62,007 nt of DNA from Acidobacteriota bacterium (GTDB taxonomy: Bacteria; Acidobacteriota; Vicinamibacteria; Vicinamibacterales; CAVVIG01), in NCBI GenBank assembly GCA_017883165.1, contig JADGOC010000003.1, positions 1-62,007 of the forward strand, read 5' to 3'. The stretch's first letter is position 1, and every line of letters starts with the position of its first letter. A program made the position numbers and the translations under genes. Of the stretch, positions 1 through 10,474 are shown in pieces. Below the pieces are notes generated by a model. The model made no database searches. It worked only from the letters and a program-made list of their open reading frames with translations, and had not been told where the DNA came from.

Positions 1-725
1 CCGGTACGTTCTGCAAGCTCGCTCAGGAACGGCGTCGTGTCGAGGATCGGATCGGTCGGCGCCAGCCGAATGCCCGATCGCGTTTTGAGCGGCGCCCCCT
101 GGCTCGGTCTGCCGAGCGACACCGTGTAGACCACCGCATCGGTACGCGCGGCGGCATCGAGGACCGCTCTCGCCGGCAGCCAGCTCGCCGTGTCGTCGCC
201 GTCGGTGAACAGCAGCACGAGCCCTCGCCGGCCGGGGTCAGGATCGCGGTGCAGGATGGCTGCCAGCGACGCGTCGAACAGGCCCGTGGCACCGCCTGCC
301 CGTGCATTGGAGATCGCCTCGATGAGAGCCGGCCCACGCGGCTCCCAGTGGCTCAGCGCTTGGATGTCTTCCCAGAACGTCAATATGCAGGCGCGGTCCG
401 ATGGACGAAGGGCCCCGACGGCGCTGCGGGCGGCACGCTGGAGATCCTTCAGCGGTCCGCCGGCCACGCTGCTGCTAGTGTCGAGTGCCAGGAGCATGCT
501 GAAGGGGACCTCTTCGATCGTCAGGTCCTCGATCTCCTGAGGCGCACCGTTATCCGTCAACGCGAAATCGTCGCGGGTCAGCCCACCGATCGGCTTGCGC
601 CCGTCGGTGACCAGCACGTCAACGCGCACCGCATCGACGCGGCTGTGGAAGGGAGTGGCTTGCTGCGGCGCCGCGGCGATCCCGGCGGCGGCACAACACA
701 CAAGGGCGAGGACGACGACCTTCAC
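1..725 (-). CDS. VWA domain-containing protein (Acidobacterial VWFA-related type), 3' end runs off the window
   Basis: Manual translation from GTG 725: signal peptide (VKVVVLALVCCAAAGIAAA), then SRVDAVRVDVLVTD..GLTRDDF, MIDAS DTSSS, GATGLFDA and LLFTDGDD. Not in the ORF track because the stop lies outside the window. Confidence 0.85.
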   Translation of the reverse strand, partial: MKVVVLALVCCAAAGIAAAPQQATPFHSRVDAVRVDVLVTDGRKPIGGLTRDDFALTDNGAPQEIEDLTIEEVPFSMLLALDTSSSVAGGPLKDLQRAARSAVGALRPSDRACILTFWEDIQALSHWEPRGPALIEAISNARAGGATGLFDASLAAILHRDPDPGRRGLVLLFTDGDDTASWLPARAVLDAAARTDAVVYTVSLGRPSQGAPLKTRSGIRLAPTDPILDTTPFLSELAERT

Positions 726-763
726 TCCATCACCCCATCACCCCATCACCCCATCACCCCATG
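723..763. repeat. 8-bp tandem repeat, (ATGGGGTG)x4 plus ATGGAGTG on the minus strand
   Basis: Seen directly. Spans the TPR gene stop and the VWA gene start. Confidence 0.85.
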
Positions 764-1800
764 ACCTCGCTCTTCAATGCGTGCAGCATCCCCGCGGGAT
801 CGTCGAAGACCGACAGGTACAGCCACCAGGGATCGAACAAGCCGCCCGTTTCGCGTCGCTGCAGCATGGCGTCGATGACGTGACTCGCCTCCGCTCCGCG
901 GCCGCTTTTGCCCAACAACTCGGCCAGGGCGAGATCGGCGGTCTGGCCGAATTCAAAGGTCTTCGCGGCGGCGCGATAGCGCCGCTCCGCCTCGTCCACG
1001 TGCCCCGCTCGTTCCGCCAGGGCTCCCAGGAAGAGATTCGCCAGGTACACGACCGATCGATCCGACGCGCCCGAGGCTCGCTCGAAGAACGGAGCGGCCT
1101 CGGCATCGTTTCCTTGAAGCATGTTGATGCGTCCGAGATGCAGCGCGGCCACCAGCATCCGGGGATCGTGCCGCAGCGCGTCCTCGAAGTAATGGATGGT
1201 CGGCCCGAAATCAGCGCCGAAGAGGCTGCCAGATCCCGGCAGACTGACGAGGAAGTCGTGCTTGCGATCGAGCCCGCACTGCTGGAGCTCCGCGGTGATC
1301 CCGTCGAAGATCAGTCCAGCCGCATCATGGCCGATGCGGAATCGCGATCGGTCTTCGAGGGCTTTCGCCGTGCTGCGCGCGCCGTTGGCGCTGAGCACTC
1401 CGCGGAGAGAGCGATACCACCGCTGCACGAACCACCCGGCCGACGGGTCCACGTCGAGCGCACGGCTCAGCAGCTTCTCGGCCCGATTGACGTGCGCGAG
1501 CCCGCGCGAATCATGACCGGTGATCAAGGACAGGCCAGCGTCGGTGTGCATCAGCGCGGCGGTTTCGAGATCCACCACCGGCCACGGTGGCGTGGCGCCG
1601 CCGCGCGTCGCGTCGGTGACGGCGCCGTCGATCTCGCCGTCCGACAGCTTCAGCAGTTGCTGAACGGCTTGAGTGGGAGCGTCTCGATAAGCCTCCAGGA
1701 TGGCTCGGTATGGCGAGACGGTAGGCGGGGGCTGCGGCGCGGACACCGCGCCGGCGAGCAACACGGCTGCGGCGAGGAAGGGTCTCACCGACGCGAACAT
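754..1800 (-). CDS. Secreted tetratricopeptide-repeat-like protein
   Basis: Signal peptide MFASVRPFLAAAVLLAGAVSA and helical TPR-like segments (ALHLGRINMLQGNDAEA, LFLGALAERAGHVDEAERRYRAA). Start set at ATG 1800 rather than 2004. Confidence 0.7.
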   Translation of the reverse strand: MFASVRPFLAAAVLLAGAVSAPQPPPTVSPYRAILEAYRDAPTQAVQQLLKLSDGEIDGAVTDATRGGATPPWPVVDLETAALMHTDAGLSLITGHDSRGLAHVNRAEKLLSRALDVDPSAGWFVQRWYRSLRGVLSANGARSTAKALEDRSRFRIGHDAAGLIFDGITAELQQCGLDRKHDFLVSLPGSGSLFGADFGPTIHYFEDALRHDPRMLVAALHLGRINMLQGNDAEAAPFFERASGASDRSVVYLANLFLGALAERAGHVDEAERRYRAAAKTFEFGQTADLALAELLGKSGRGAEASHVIDAMLQRRETGGLFDPWWLYLSVFDDPAGMLHALKSEVMG

Positions 1801-1882
1801 AGCACGAGTGCGGCACATGCGGTTCGCCGCTTGCACGGGCACATGCGCAATCCGCGCAATCCCGCGCGAAAGGAGTTCGCGA

Positions 1883-2485
1883 ATGCAGTTTCTGCTCGCC
1901 TTGCTCACGGCGGCCGTTGCCGCCGCTTCACCATCGGCCGATCTCAAACGATCCGATCCGGTGCTGGTCCGTACGGTCGTTGACGGCGACACGATCGACG
2001 TCACGACCTACGGGCGGGTCCGGCTGATCGGCGTCGATGCGCCGGAGATCGGCCGTGCGTTCGACACCTCGGCGCCCTTTGCCAAGGAGGCGCGCGATCG
2101 TCTCACCGCGCTGGTGCTGCACCGGTGGGTTCGGCTCGAACAGGAAGGGCCGTTGATGGACGTCTACAACCGCCATCTCGCGTACGTCGTCACCGAAGAT
2201 GGCATCTGCGTGAACGTGGTGCTCGTGCGCGAGGGGTTGGCGCGGATCTCCGCGCGGCTGCCGCTGACGCGGCTCGCCGAGCTCCGGCGCGCCGAAGGCG
2301 AAGCGCAGGCGTTTCGCCGCGGGATGTGGGGCTCGGCGGCCGAGATGCCGATGACGGGTTATACTCGCCGGTCGGGATCGGGCCGGTCGGGCGCCACGAA
2401 GGCGCCCCCGAGCCCGAAGACGAAGCCGCGGCAGACGACGGCAACCACGAAGCCGCGGCGGTCCAAGAAATCCAAGGGTGTGTAG
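1883..2485 (+). CDS. Thermonuclease (staphylococcal nuclease) family protein
   Basis: Motifs VVDGDTI, VRLIGVDAPE, DVYNRHLAYV, VLVREGLA, RRGMW. AAGGAG RBS before ATG 1883. Signal peptide present. Confidence 0.92.
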   Translation: MQFLLALLTAAVAAASPSADLKRSDPVLVRTVVDGDTIDVTTYGRVRLIGVDAPEIGRAFDTSAPFAKEARDRLTALVLHRWVRLEQEGPLMDVYNRHLAYVVTEDGICVNVVLVREGLARISARLPLTRLAELRRAEGEAQAFRRGMWGSAAEMPMTGYTRRSGSGRSGATKAPPSPKTKPRQTTATTKPRRSKKSKGV

Positions 2486-2489
2486 CGTC

Positions 2490-3200
2490 GTGCCAGCGAT
2501 TCCTGTCGAGTACGCGTCGCAGCGCAAAATCCGCGAGCGCAACAAGCTTCACTACCGCTTCAATCACTGGCCGATCTGGATATTCGTGTTCTTCATCGCG
2601 CCTGGGCCGCTCACCTTTGATCTCTTCGAGCGCGGGTTCGACGTCAGGATGGCGCTCTGGCTCGGAGCGGTCTTGCTGGGCACGGGCATCGCCGGCCTCC
2701 GCGGCACGCTGCCCGGCGTCGAGCCGAAGCCGTACATCATTCGCTTCACCGAGGATCGGCCCAACCCGCTGTACCGCCGCGTCTGCTACACGTTCGCGTG
2801 GAGTGAGGTGGTGACTTTCGCCGTCCTCAACATCACCGGCCTCGTCGTTGCGATCGCGACCGGGCACTGGTATTTGAAGCAGATCTATCGCGCGGCGTAT
2901 TTTCCGCTCGCCGGCGTCTTCTGGCTGCTCGGCGCGCTCGGGCATCTGCCGCGCGTGAAGACGTCGACGAAAGGCGAGGGGCACGAGCGGCGGTACTTTT
3001 ATGGATCGGTGTGGGCGGTGTGCTGGGCGCAGCCGACGCTGTGGCTGATGTGGAAGGTCATCCCGCGCACGCGCGCGGGCGACACGATCAAGCTGGTCGT
3101 CTTTCTCGCGATTCTCGCGTTTGTCGGCAACCTCGCGCGGCGCGGCCGCCTCCCGCGCACGCGGCCGATCGTGCCGGGCGAGCTCGCGGTGTCGGATTAG
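2490..3200 (+). CDS. Hypothetical multi-pass membrane protein
   Basis: About 6 hydrophobic segments and genome-typical codon usage. Start is GTG 2490 or 2478. Confidence 0.7.
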   Translation: MPAIPVEYASQRKIRERNKLHYRFNHWPIWIFVFFIAPGPLTFDLFERGFDVRMALWLGAVLLGTGIAGLRGTLPGVEPKPYIIRFTEDRPNPLYRRVCYTFAWSEVVTFAVLNITGLVVAIATGHWYLKQIYRAAYFPLAGVFWLLGALGHLPRVKTSTKGEGHERRYFYGSVWAVCWAQPTLWLMWKVIPRTRAGDTIKLVVFLAILAFVGNLARRGRLPRTRPIVPGELAVSD

Positions 3201-3236
3201 AACCCAGAACCCAGAACCGACAAGGTTCTTGTGTCA
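3199..3236. repeat. Heptamer repeat (AGAACCC)x3 plus a small hairpin between convergent genes, possible terminator
   Basis: agaaccc agaaccc agaaccg followed by gacaag-gtt-cttgt. Confidence 0.5.
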
Positions 3237-4433
3237 CGTGACGAGCGACGCCCGCGCATCGCCGGCCGTATAGTCCTTCTTCGCCACGATGTCCTTGATC
3301 TCCGCCATGACCGCCTCGACCTCCTCCATCGTGTTGTAGAAATGCGCCGAAATGCGGACGCCGACCGGCGGCCGGTAGTCGACGACGAAGTCGCGCGCCT
3401 TGAGCGTGCGGGCGACCTGCAGCGCGTCGGGCACGTTGACGGCGACCGTGCCGGCCAGCCGCCGCGGATCGCGCGACGCCGCCGAGTGGAAGCCGTACTC
3501 GTCGACGAGCGCCAGCAGGCGCGCCGAGAGGCGCTGCGACTTCTCGCGGATCCGATCGACGCCGACCTCGTTGATGATGTCGAGGCCGGCGAGCGCCGCG
3601 TAGTACGCGGGAATCGACGGCGTCCCGTTCATCATGCGCATCGCGTCGCCGCGCGCGAAGTCGTCCATCGGCCCGGTATCGAACGCGAACGGGGCGCGAT
3701 GGGAGACCCACCCGGTGAAGGCCGGCCTGACCTTCGCCAACACATCGGGCCGCGTGTAGAGGAACGCGTTGCCGGGCCCGCCGCACAGCCATTTCAGGCA
3801 GCCGCCGACGGCGAAATCGGTTTCGAGGGCGGTCACGTCGACGGGGATGATGCCGGCCGACTGATACGTGTCGAGGATGACCTTCGCGCCCACCTCATGC
3901 GCGCGCGCGATGATCGCGGCGGCGTCCATGATGTACGACGTCCGGAACAGCACGTGCGAGAGGGCGACGACGGCGGTCGAGCCGTCGATGGCGTCGAGCA
4001 TGCGGTCGGTGCGCACCGTCAGATCGGCCTCGGCGGGGACGATCCGCAGCTCGTAACCGGCGGCCTGCTGCGCCCGGTAGAGATACATCATCGAGGGAAA
4101 ATCCATCTCGCTGCAGACGAGCACGCCTCGCGCGGGAGTCGGATGCAGGCACGACAACGCCACTAAATGCGCCGTCGTCACGTTTTCGTGCATGCTGACC
4201 GAACCGGCAGGCGCGCCGATGACGCGCGCGACCTTGTTGCCGACTTCGAGCGGCATCTCCCACCAGCGCTCTTCCCAGGCGCGCACGCCGCGCGTCGCCC
4301 ACGTCTCGGCGTACTCGGCGAGATTCTGCGCCGTCTTCCGCGGCATCGCGCCGAGTGAATTGCTGATCATGTAGACGCTCCGCGCGAGGATCGGGAACTC
4401 GTCTCGCCAACGTTCGAGGTCGGGCACGGGCAT
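3234..4433 (-). CDS. Kynureninase-like PLP-dependent enzyme (aminotransferase class V)
   Basis: Motifs YMISNSLGAMP, DFPS, DTYQSAG, GGCLKWLCGGPG (PLP lysine) and GTP. Confidence 0.8.
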   Translation of the reverse strand: MPVPDLERWRDEFPILARSVYMISNSLGAMPRKTAQNLAEYAETWATRGVRAWEERWWEMPLEVGNKVARVIGAPAGSVSMHENVTTAHLVALSCLHPTPARGVLVCSEMDFPSMMYLYRAQQAAGYELRIVPAEADLTVRTDRMLDAIDGSTAVVALSHVLFRTSYIMDAAAIIARAHEVGAKVILDTYQSAGIIPVDVTALETDFAVGGCLKWLCGGPGNAFLYTRPDVLAKVRPAFTGWVSHRAPFAFDTGPMDDFARGDAMRMMNGTPSIPAYYAALAGLDIINEVGVDRIREKSQRLSARLLALVDEYGFHSAASRDPRRLAGTVAVNVPDALQVARTLKARDFVVDYRPPVGVRISAHFYNTMEEVEAVMAEIKDIVAKKDYTAGDARASLVT

Positions 4434-4446
4434 GGGGAAGCTTTAT

Positions 4447-4481
4447 CACGAAGCCACGAAGAACACGAAGCGCACGAAGAA
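4447..4481. repeat. CACGAAG(NN) short tandem array, 4 units
   Basis: Seen directly. Reverse complement of the array at 14138-14167. Confidence 0.8.
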
Positions 4482-4512
4482 CCCGACCGTTATATATGAT
4501 GCCCCTCGGGAT

Positions 4513-4608
4513 GTTGACTGAGCGGGCAGTCGCCGAAGCCGATGCCGAGCCGCGTAAGCGGCGAAGGCACAGCCGCGGGGGTGGGGCCCCGCGGAAAAGT
4601 AAGAAATG
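4513..4608 (+). repeat. Dispersed ~100-bp structured intergenic repeat, copy 1
   Basis: GTTGACTGAGCG..AGTCGCCGAAGCC.ATGCCGAGC..GCGAAGGCACAG..GCGGGGGTGGGGCCCCGC. Aligns with 25233-25341. Confidence 0.85.
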
Positions 4609-4628
4609 TTGACCCCCGCAGCGACGTA

Positions 4629-5417
4629 ATGCCTCGCCAAGGCTGGCAGGGGTGGGACGAATACGCGCCCTTCTACGACTGGGAGAACGCGCGGACGCTC
4701 GGCCGCCGCGACGTGCCGTTCTGGCGCCGCGTGGCGCGAGGCGCCCGTGGACGCGTGCTCGAGCTCGGGTGCGGCACCGGCCGCGTGTCGCTGCCGCTCG
4801 CGCGGGCCGGCGTCTCGCTCGTCGGCGTCGATCGGTCAGCACCGATGATCGATCGTCTTCGCGCCCGCCTTCGCTCCGCCGCGAACAAGAGGAGCTTCGG
4901 CGCGGCGGCGCGCCTGGATCTGCTGCGCGCCGACATCCGCGCCCTACCGTTTGCCTCGCGCACGTTCGCGATGGCGCTTGCGCCGTACGGCATCCTCCAA
5001 TCGCTGCTCGATGACGCCGACCTGCGGGCGACGCTCGATTCCGTGGCGCGCGTGCTCGGCCCGGGCGGCACCTTTGGGATCGATCTGGTGCCGGACGTGC
5101 CCCACTGGCGCGAGTACCAGAACAAAGTCCAACTGCGCGGCCGCGCCGCCGGCGGCGCCGAGCTCACGCTCATCGAATCGGTACGCCAGGATCCGCGGCG
5201 TCGCCGGACGACCTTCGAGCAGCGGTACGTGGAGCGGAAGGGAGGCCGCGTCGCCGAGCATCGGTTCGAGCTGACGTTTCGCACCTTGTCGGTGCGGCAG
5301 ATGACCACCCGTCTCGAGCGTGCCGGCTTCGTCGTCGACGCCGTCCTGGGCGATTACCGGGGCCGCCCGTGGGACCCGCGCGCGGATGTGTGGATAATCA
5401 TGGCGCGGAGGTGGTAA
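4629..5417 (+). CDS. Class I SAM-dependent methyltransferase
   Basis: Motif I VLELGCGTGR, then VGVDRS and ADIR. Start set at ATG 4629, downstream of the repeat. Confidence 0.9.
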   Translation: MPRQGWQGWDEYAPFYDWENARTLGRRDVPFWRRVARGARGRVLELGCGTGRVSLPLARAGVSLVGVDRSAPMIDRLRARLRSAANKRSFGAAARLDLLRADIRALPFASRTFAMALAPYGILQSLLDDADLRATLDSVARVLGPGGTFGIDLVPDVPHWREYQNKVQLRGRAAGGAELTLIESVRQDPRRRRTTFEQRYVERKGGRVAEHRFELTFRTLSVRQMTTRLERAGFVVDAVLGDYRGRPWDPRADVWIIMARRW

Positions 5418-5460
5418 AATTTCCGTTCCTTTAATTCGCTGATTCTTCTGGAGTTCTGAC

Positions 5461-6210
5461 ATGTCCGGCCATTCCAAGTGGGCCTCGATCAAGCACAAGA
5501 AGGGCGCCCTCGACGCCAAGCGCGGGAAGATTTTCTCGCGAATCATCAAGGAACTGACGGTCGCGGCGCGCGCCGCCGGCGGCGACCCAGACATGAACCC
5601 CCGCCTGCGCACCGTCATCGCCGACGCGAAAGCGCAGAACATGCCGGCCGACAACATCAAGCGCGCCATCAGACGGGGCACCGGTGAGGAGCCGGGGGTG
5701 TCGTACGAAGAGGCGCAGTACGAAGCGTACGGGCCGGGCGGCGCGGCCGTGATCATGGACGTCCTCACCGACAACAAAAACCGCACCGTCGGCGAGCTTC
5801 GGCACCTGCTCACCAAGCACGGCGGCAATCTCGCCGAAACCAACGCCGTGGCCTGGATGTTCAGCAAACGTGGCTACATCGTCGTGCCCAAGAGCAAGGC
5901 GAAGGAGGACGATCTCATGGCCGTCGTGCTCGACGCCGGCGGAGACGACCTGCGCGACGATGACGACAACTGGGAAGTGCTCTCGTCGCCCGAGGCGTTT
6001 CACGGGGTGCTCGAAGCGGTGAAGAAGCTCGGGATCGAGCCCGACGCGGCCGAGATCTCGATGCTGCCGCAGAACTACCTGAAGCTCGAGGGCAAGGCGG
6101 CGCAGCAGATGGTGCGGCTGATGGACGCGCTCGACGAGCACGACGACATCCGCCACGTCTGGTCGAACTTCGACATCGAGGAGAAGGAGATCGAGGCCTC
6201 GCTCGCGTGA
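5461..6210 (+). CDS. yebC: YebC/PmpR family protein
   Basis: MSGHSKWASIKHKK, NPRLR, YEAYGPGG, TDNKNRT. Canonical position upstream of ruvCAB. Confidence 0.97.
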   Translation: MSGHSKWASIKHKKGALDAKRGKIFSRIIKELTVAARAAGGDPDMNPRLRTVIADAKAQNMPADNIKRAIRRGTGEEPGVSYEEAQYEAYGPGGAAVIMDVLTDNKNRTVGELRHLLTKHGGNLAETNAVAWMFSKRGYIVVPKSKAKEDDLMAVVLDAGGDDLRDDDDNWEVLSSPEAFHGVLEAVKKLGIEPDAAEISMLPQNYLKLEGKAAQQMVRLMDALDEHDDIRHVWSNFDIEEKEIEASLA

Positions 6211-6806
6211 AGATCTTCGGCATCGATCCCGGGTCGGACCGCACCGGTTACGGCTGCATCGAGACCGACGGATCGCGCCATCACATTGTCGTCTGCGGCG
6301 CAATCAAGACGCCCGCGCTCGGGACGTTCCCGGAGAAGCTGCTCGTCATTCATACCCGGCTCGCCCGGCTCCTCGCCGACTGCCGGCCCGACGGCGTCGC
6401 CATCGAGAATCTGTTCCACGCGGTGAACGTGCGGAGCGCGCTCAAGCTGGGCCACGCGCGCGGCGTCGCCATGCTTGCGGCCGTCGAGGCGGGCGTGCCG
6501 ATCTTCGAGTACACGCCCGCGGAGATCAAGCGGGCGGTGGTCGGCTACGGGCGCGCCGAGAAGCAGCAGGTCCAGCAGCTGGTGAAGCTCATCCTCGGTC
6601 TGGCGGAGGTGCCCTCGCCGCACGACGCGGCCGACGCGCTGGCGGTCGCGATCTGCCACGTCAATTCGCAACCGCAGGCGCGGGTGTCGGCCGCGATGGC
6701 GATGACCGCGGCGTCGCCGCGCGGCAGGGCGGCGACGAGCTGGCGCCACTACCGTCCCGCTTCCGCACCCGTGGCGCTACGGCGAGGCAAGCCCGCACGT
6801 CCGTGA
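6207..6806 (+). CDS. ruvC: Holliday junction resolvase RuvC
   Basis: GIDPG, TGYG, LGHARG, GYGRAEKQQV, DAADALAVAICH. Confidence 0.97.
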   Translation: MKIFGIDPGSDRTGYGCIETDGSRHHIVVCGAIKTPALGTFPEKLLVIHTRLARLLADCRPDGVAIENLFHAVNVRSALKLGHARGVAMLAAVEAGVPIFEYTPAEIKRAVVGYGRAEKQQVQQLVKLILGLAEVPSPHDAADALAVAICHVNSQPQARVSAAMAMTAASPRGRAATSWRHYRPASAPVALRRGKPARP

Positions 6807-7402
6807 TCGCCCATCTCCGCGGTCGCATCCTCGAGAAACATCCGAACCGTGTCGTCGTCGACGTCAACGGCGTGGGCTACGAGGTCGCCGTGCCGCTATC
6901 GACCTTCTACGGTCTCGCCGAGCCGGGCGGCGAGATCGCGCTGCGCATTCACACGCACGTGCGCGAGGATCAGCTCGCGCTCTACGGCTTTGCGACTACG
7001 CTCGAGCAGGATCTGTTCGAGCGGCTCATCGGCGTGAGCGGCATCGGGCCGAAGCTGGCGCTCGCCGTCCTCTCGGGAATCGAACCGCTCGATCTCATCC
7101 GCGCCATCGAGCGCAGCGACGTCGCGCGGCTGACGGCGATTCCCGGCGTCGGCAAGAAAACTTCTGAGCGGATCGTGCTCGAGCTGAAGGATCGGCTGCC
7201 GCGCGCGTCGATCGCGGCTATCGCCGCCGGCGGCGGCGCCCCGGAGTCGCCGGCGCTGCGCGACGATGTGCTCTCGGCGCTGATGAACCTGGGGTATCAT
7301 CGGCCTCTCGCCGAGAAAGCCGTGGACGCGGCCATCAAGACGACGCCGGACGGCGGCTTCGAACGCACGTTGAAGCAGGCATTGAGGGAGCTCGCCCGGT
7401 AG
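6803..7402 (+). CDS. ruvA: Holliday junction branch migration protein RuvA
   Basis: MIAHLRG, GVGYEV, HVREDQLALYGF, VSGIGPKLAL, IPGVGKKT. Confidence 0.97.
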   Translation: MIAHLRGRILEKHPNRVVVDVNGVGYEVAVPLSTFYGLAEPGGEIALRIHTHVREDQLALYGFATTLEQDLFERLIGVSGIGPKLALAVLSGIEPLDLIRAIERSDVARLTAIPGVGKKTSERIVLELKDRLPRASIAAIAAGGGAPESPALRDDVLSALMNLGYHRPLAEKAVDAAIKTTPDGGFERTLKQALRELAR

Positions 7403-7414
7403 ACGACGTAGAGC

Positions 7415-8434
7415 ATGACTGACGACCGAATCGTCACCGCGGCGCCCGTCGAGGAAGAAGCGCAGTACGAAGCGGGCCTGCGCCCGCGCGTGCTCGACGA
7501 GTACATCGGGCAGGACCGCGTGCGCGAGAACCTGCAGGTATCGATCGCCGCGGCGCGGCAGCGCCACGAAGCCCTGGATCACGTCCTGCTGTACGGCCCG
7601 CCCGGGCTCGGCAAGACGACGCTCGCGTACGTGATCGCGAACGAGATGGGCGTCGCCGTGCGCGCGACGTCGGGCCCGGTGCTCGAGAAGGCGGGTGATC
7701 TGGCGGGGATTCTGACCAATCTCGCCGAGCACGAGGTGCTGTTCATCGACGAAATCCACCGCATGTCGGCGACCATCGAGGAGATCCTCTACCCGGCGCT
7801 CGAGGACTACGAGCTCGACATCATGATCGGCTCGGGGCCGAGCGCCCGGTCGGTCAAGGTGCCGCTGCAGAAATTCACGCTCATCGGCGCGACGACGCGC
7901 GCGGGGCTCCTGACCTCGGCGCTGCGTTCCCGCTTCGGGATCGTGCATCGGCTGGAGTTCTACACGCCGGAAGACCTCGACGAAATCGTCCGGCGCTCGG
8001 CGCGCATCCTCGGCGTCCCCATCGACGCCGCCGCGGCCGCCGAGATCTCGCGGCGGTCGCGCGGCACGCCGCGCATCGCCAACCGGCTGCTGCGCCGCGT
8101 CCGCGATTTCGCGCAGGTGCGGGCCGACGGATCGATCACGATGGAGGTGGCGCATGCGGCGCTGAAGCTGCTCGAGGTCGACGAATACGGCTTCGACGAG
8201 ATCGACCGGAAGCTGCTCAGGACGATCATCGACAAATTCGGCGGCGGCCCGGTTGGCATCAACAGCATCGCCGCCGCGATCAGCGAAGAGAAGGACGCGA
8301 TCGAGGACATTTACGAGCCGTTTCTCATTCAGATCGGCTTCCTCGATCGCACGCCCCGCGGGCGCGTCGCGACGCCGCGGGCCTACGGCTACTTCGGGCT
8401 CGACGCGCCCGGAAGGGATTCACGACTGTGGTGA
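7415..8434 (+). CDS. ruvB: Holliday junction branch migration helicase RuvB
   Basis: [41 protein letters not shown]. Confidence 0.98.
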   Translation: MTDDRIVTAAPVEEEAQYEAGLRPRVLDEYIGQDRVRENLQVSIAAARQRHEALDHVLLYGPPGLGKTTLAYVIANEMGVAVRATSGPVLEKAGDLAGILTNLAEHEVLFIDEIHRMSATIEEILYPALEDYELDIMIGSGPSARSVKVPLQKFTLIGATTRAGLLTSALRSRFGIVHRLEFYTPEDLDEIVRRSARILGVPIDAAAAAEISRRSRGTPRIANRLLRRVRDFAQVRADGSITMEVAHAALKLLEVDEYGFDEIDRKLLRTIIDKFGGGPVGINSIAAAISEEKDAIEDIYEPFLIQIGFLDRTPRGRVATPRAYGYFGLDAPGRDSRLW

Positions 8435-9477
8435 CCGATCGACAGCGTCAAGGCGAAGGCGGCGGGCAGAAGGCCCGCTGCGGCGGCCGGCCGACGACGA
8501 TCAAATCGCTGGCGACCTTTGTGCCGCCGCGCATCCTGACCAACGCCGACCTCGAGAAGATGGTCGATACCACCGACGAGTGGATTCTTCAGCGGACCGG
8601 CATCCGGGAACGCCACATCGTCGAGCCCGGCGTCGCGACGTCCGATCTCGGCACCGCGGCGGCGCTGCAGGCGATTGCCAACGCGGGTTTGACGCCCGAC
8701 GACATCGGCGTCATCGTCGTCGGCACCGTGACGCCGGACATGATGTTTCCGAGTACGGCGTGTCTGATTCAGCACAAGATCGGCGCGCACCACGCGTGGG
8801 GATTCGACTTGAGCGCGGCCTGCTCGGCCTTCACCTACGCGCTGACCACGGCGAGCCAGTTCGTGGCGACAGGCGCCCACGAGCACGCGCTCGTGGTCGG
8901 CGCCGACGTCATGTCGAGCATCATCGATTACCAGGATCGCGCGACCTGCGTGATCTTCGGCGACGGCGCGGGCGCGGTGGTCGTGTCGGCGGCCACCGAC
9001 CCGCACGACGGCCGGATCATCGATTTCGAACACGAGATTGACGGCGCCGGCGCCTCGGCGCTCTTCATGCCGGCCGGCGGCAGCCTCCGGCCGCCCTCGC
9101 ACGAGACGGTCGACAAGCGGATGCACTACGTGAAGCAGGAAGGCCAGGCCGTGTTCAAGTTCGCCGTGCGCAAGACCGAGGAGATCGCGCGCCGGATTCT
9201 CGAGCGCAACGGCCTCCAGCCGTCAGATTTGAGTTTGTTCGTGTCGCACCAGGCGAACCGGCGGATCATTCTCGCGGCCGCGGAAAAGCTCGGACTCGAC
9301 GAGAGCCGGTTCATCATCAACATCGAGCGCTTCGGCAACACGACGGCCGCCACGATTCCGCTCGCGCTGAACGATGCCGTCACCGGCGGCCGGCTGAAGA
9401 AGGGCGATCTCGTGCTGCTGGCGTCGGTCGGCGCCGGGTTCACCGCCGGCGCCGTGCTGCTGCGCTGGGGTCTTTGA
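8431..9477 (+). CDS. fabH: Beta-ketoacyl-ACP synthase III
   Basis: [20 protein letters not shown] (catalytic Cys), FGDGAGA, HQANRRI, GNTTAA. Confidence 0.95.
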   Translation: MTDRQRQGEGGGQKARCGGRPTTIKSLATFVPPRILTNADLEKMVDTTDEWILQRTGIRERHIVEPGVATSDLGTAAALQAIANAGLTPDDIGVIVVGTVTPDMMFPSTACLIQHKIGAHHAWGFDLSAACSAFTYALTTASQFVATGAHEHALVVGADVMSSIIDYQDRATCVIFGDGAGAVVVSAATDPHDGRIIDFEHEIDGAGASALFMPAGGSLRPPSHETVDKRMHYVKQEGQAVFKFAVRKTEEIARRILERNGLQPSDLSLFVSHQANRRIILAAAEKLGLDESRFIINIERFGNTTAATIPLALNDAVTGGRLKKGDLVLLASVGAGFTAGAVLLRWGL

Positions 9478-9487
9478 GGCGCCTGTC

Positions 9488-10174
9488 GTGGCCGCGTCCC
9501 GGGCTCGCGTGTTCATGCTGTCGCCCGCCAACTGCGGCGGCGCGCGCGCCCGCCAGGTCCTGTCGGCCAAGGCGACATTCGCGCTGGCCGAGGCGCTGCG
9601 CTCGCGCCGGGGCGCGACGCTGGGCGACCTGTTCACGTATGTCAGCGGCCTCTATTTCCGCGGAAAGCTGACCTACGCGCTCCGGTTCGCGAATCCTCCC
9701 GATAGTGACGACGGCGACCGCGCCGACCATCCCCTCGTCGGGCGCGGCGTGCAGATCATCACGCCGACCGCCGGCCTCCGCACGCCGGATGCCTGCGTCA
9801 CGCGTCAGGCCGTGCTCGGTTTCGCCGCCGGCGACGTGCATCAGGACAACGTGGCCTATCGGCGGCCGCTCGAGAGGAGCGCGCGTGCGCTCCTGCGCGA
9901 GATCGGCCCCGACTGCGACGTCGTGCTCCTCGGCAGCATCGCCTCGCCGAAGTACGTCGATGTCCTCGCGGCGATCTTCGGCGCGCGCCTTCACTTTCCG
10001 ATCGCGTTTGTCGGCCGCGGCGACATGAGCCGCGGCGGGCTGCTGCTGCGCGCGGCGCGTGACGGGCGCGAGCTCGAGTACGCACCCGTCGCTGGCGCCG
10101 TGCTCCACGGCGTCCGGCCGCCGAAACTGGCGCCGCTCACGCCGTTGCCGCCGCGCGCGGCGTGCGACGTCTGA
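9488..10174 (+). CDS. Hypothetical protein
   Basis: 228-aa ORF continuing the operon, with globular composition (SGLYFRGKLTYA, LLGSIASPKY, GRGDMSRGGLLL). Family not recognised. Confidence 0.7.
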   Translation: MAASRARVFMLSPANCGGARARQVLSAKATFALAEALRSRRGATLGDLFTYVSGLYFRGKLTYALRFANPPDSDDGDRADHPLVGRGVQIITPTAGLRTPDACVTRQAVLGFAAGDVHQDNVAYRRPLERSARALLREIGPDCDVVLLGSIASPKYVDVLAAIFGARLHFPIAFVGRGDMSRGGLLLRAARDGRELEYAPVAGAVLHGVRPPKLAPLTPLPPRAACDV

Positions 10175-10446
10175 TGCCGCTTCGCATTATCCCGCGGACC
10201 AGGACCATCCGGTCGATTCAGGCTGACACTATGTTCGGTTAAGGTACATATGTGTCACATCGCGACATAAGTCGACAACTTGAAGAATGTCTAGAATTTT
10301 GCACTTGTTCGCCCATGATGGCGCTGAGCCTCTGTCCTAATACTGAACACGAACTTGTTGTCGTATAATGTCATCTATAGGCTCTTTAAGTATCCTAAAG
10401 CGTTCAAAATAAACATGTTGTACATATGACGAGTTCGGCTCAGCTT

Positions 10447-10463
10447 CTGGCGGAGATATTGCT
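10447..10463 (+). promoter_or_regulatory. Putative sigma54 (-24/-12) promoter of the S8 protease-GNAT operon
   Basis: CTGGCGGAGATATTGCT has the GG-N10-GC spacing. Predicted +1 near 10474, next to the GTG start at 10475. Preceded by about 270 bp of AT-rich DNA. Confidence 0.65.
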
Positions 10464-10474
10464 CTGCTTTTGGC

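Noticed and set aside
6760-6797. Possible repeat-derived tail of ruvC (GCTACGGCGAGGCAAGCC)
   Set aside because: Only one copy in the window and weak palindromy, so it cannot be supported without a genome-wide search.
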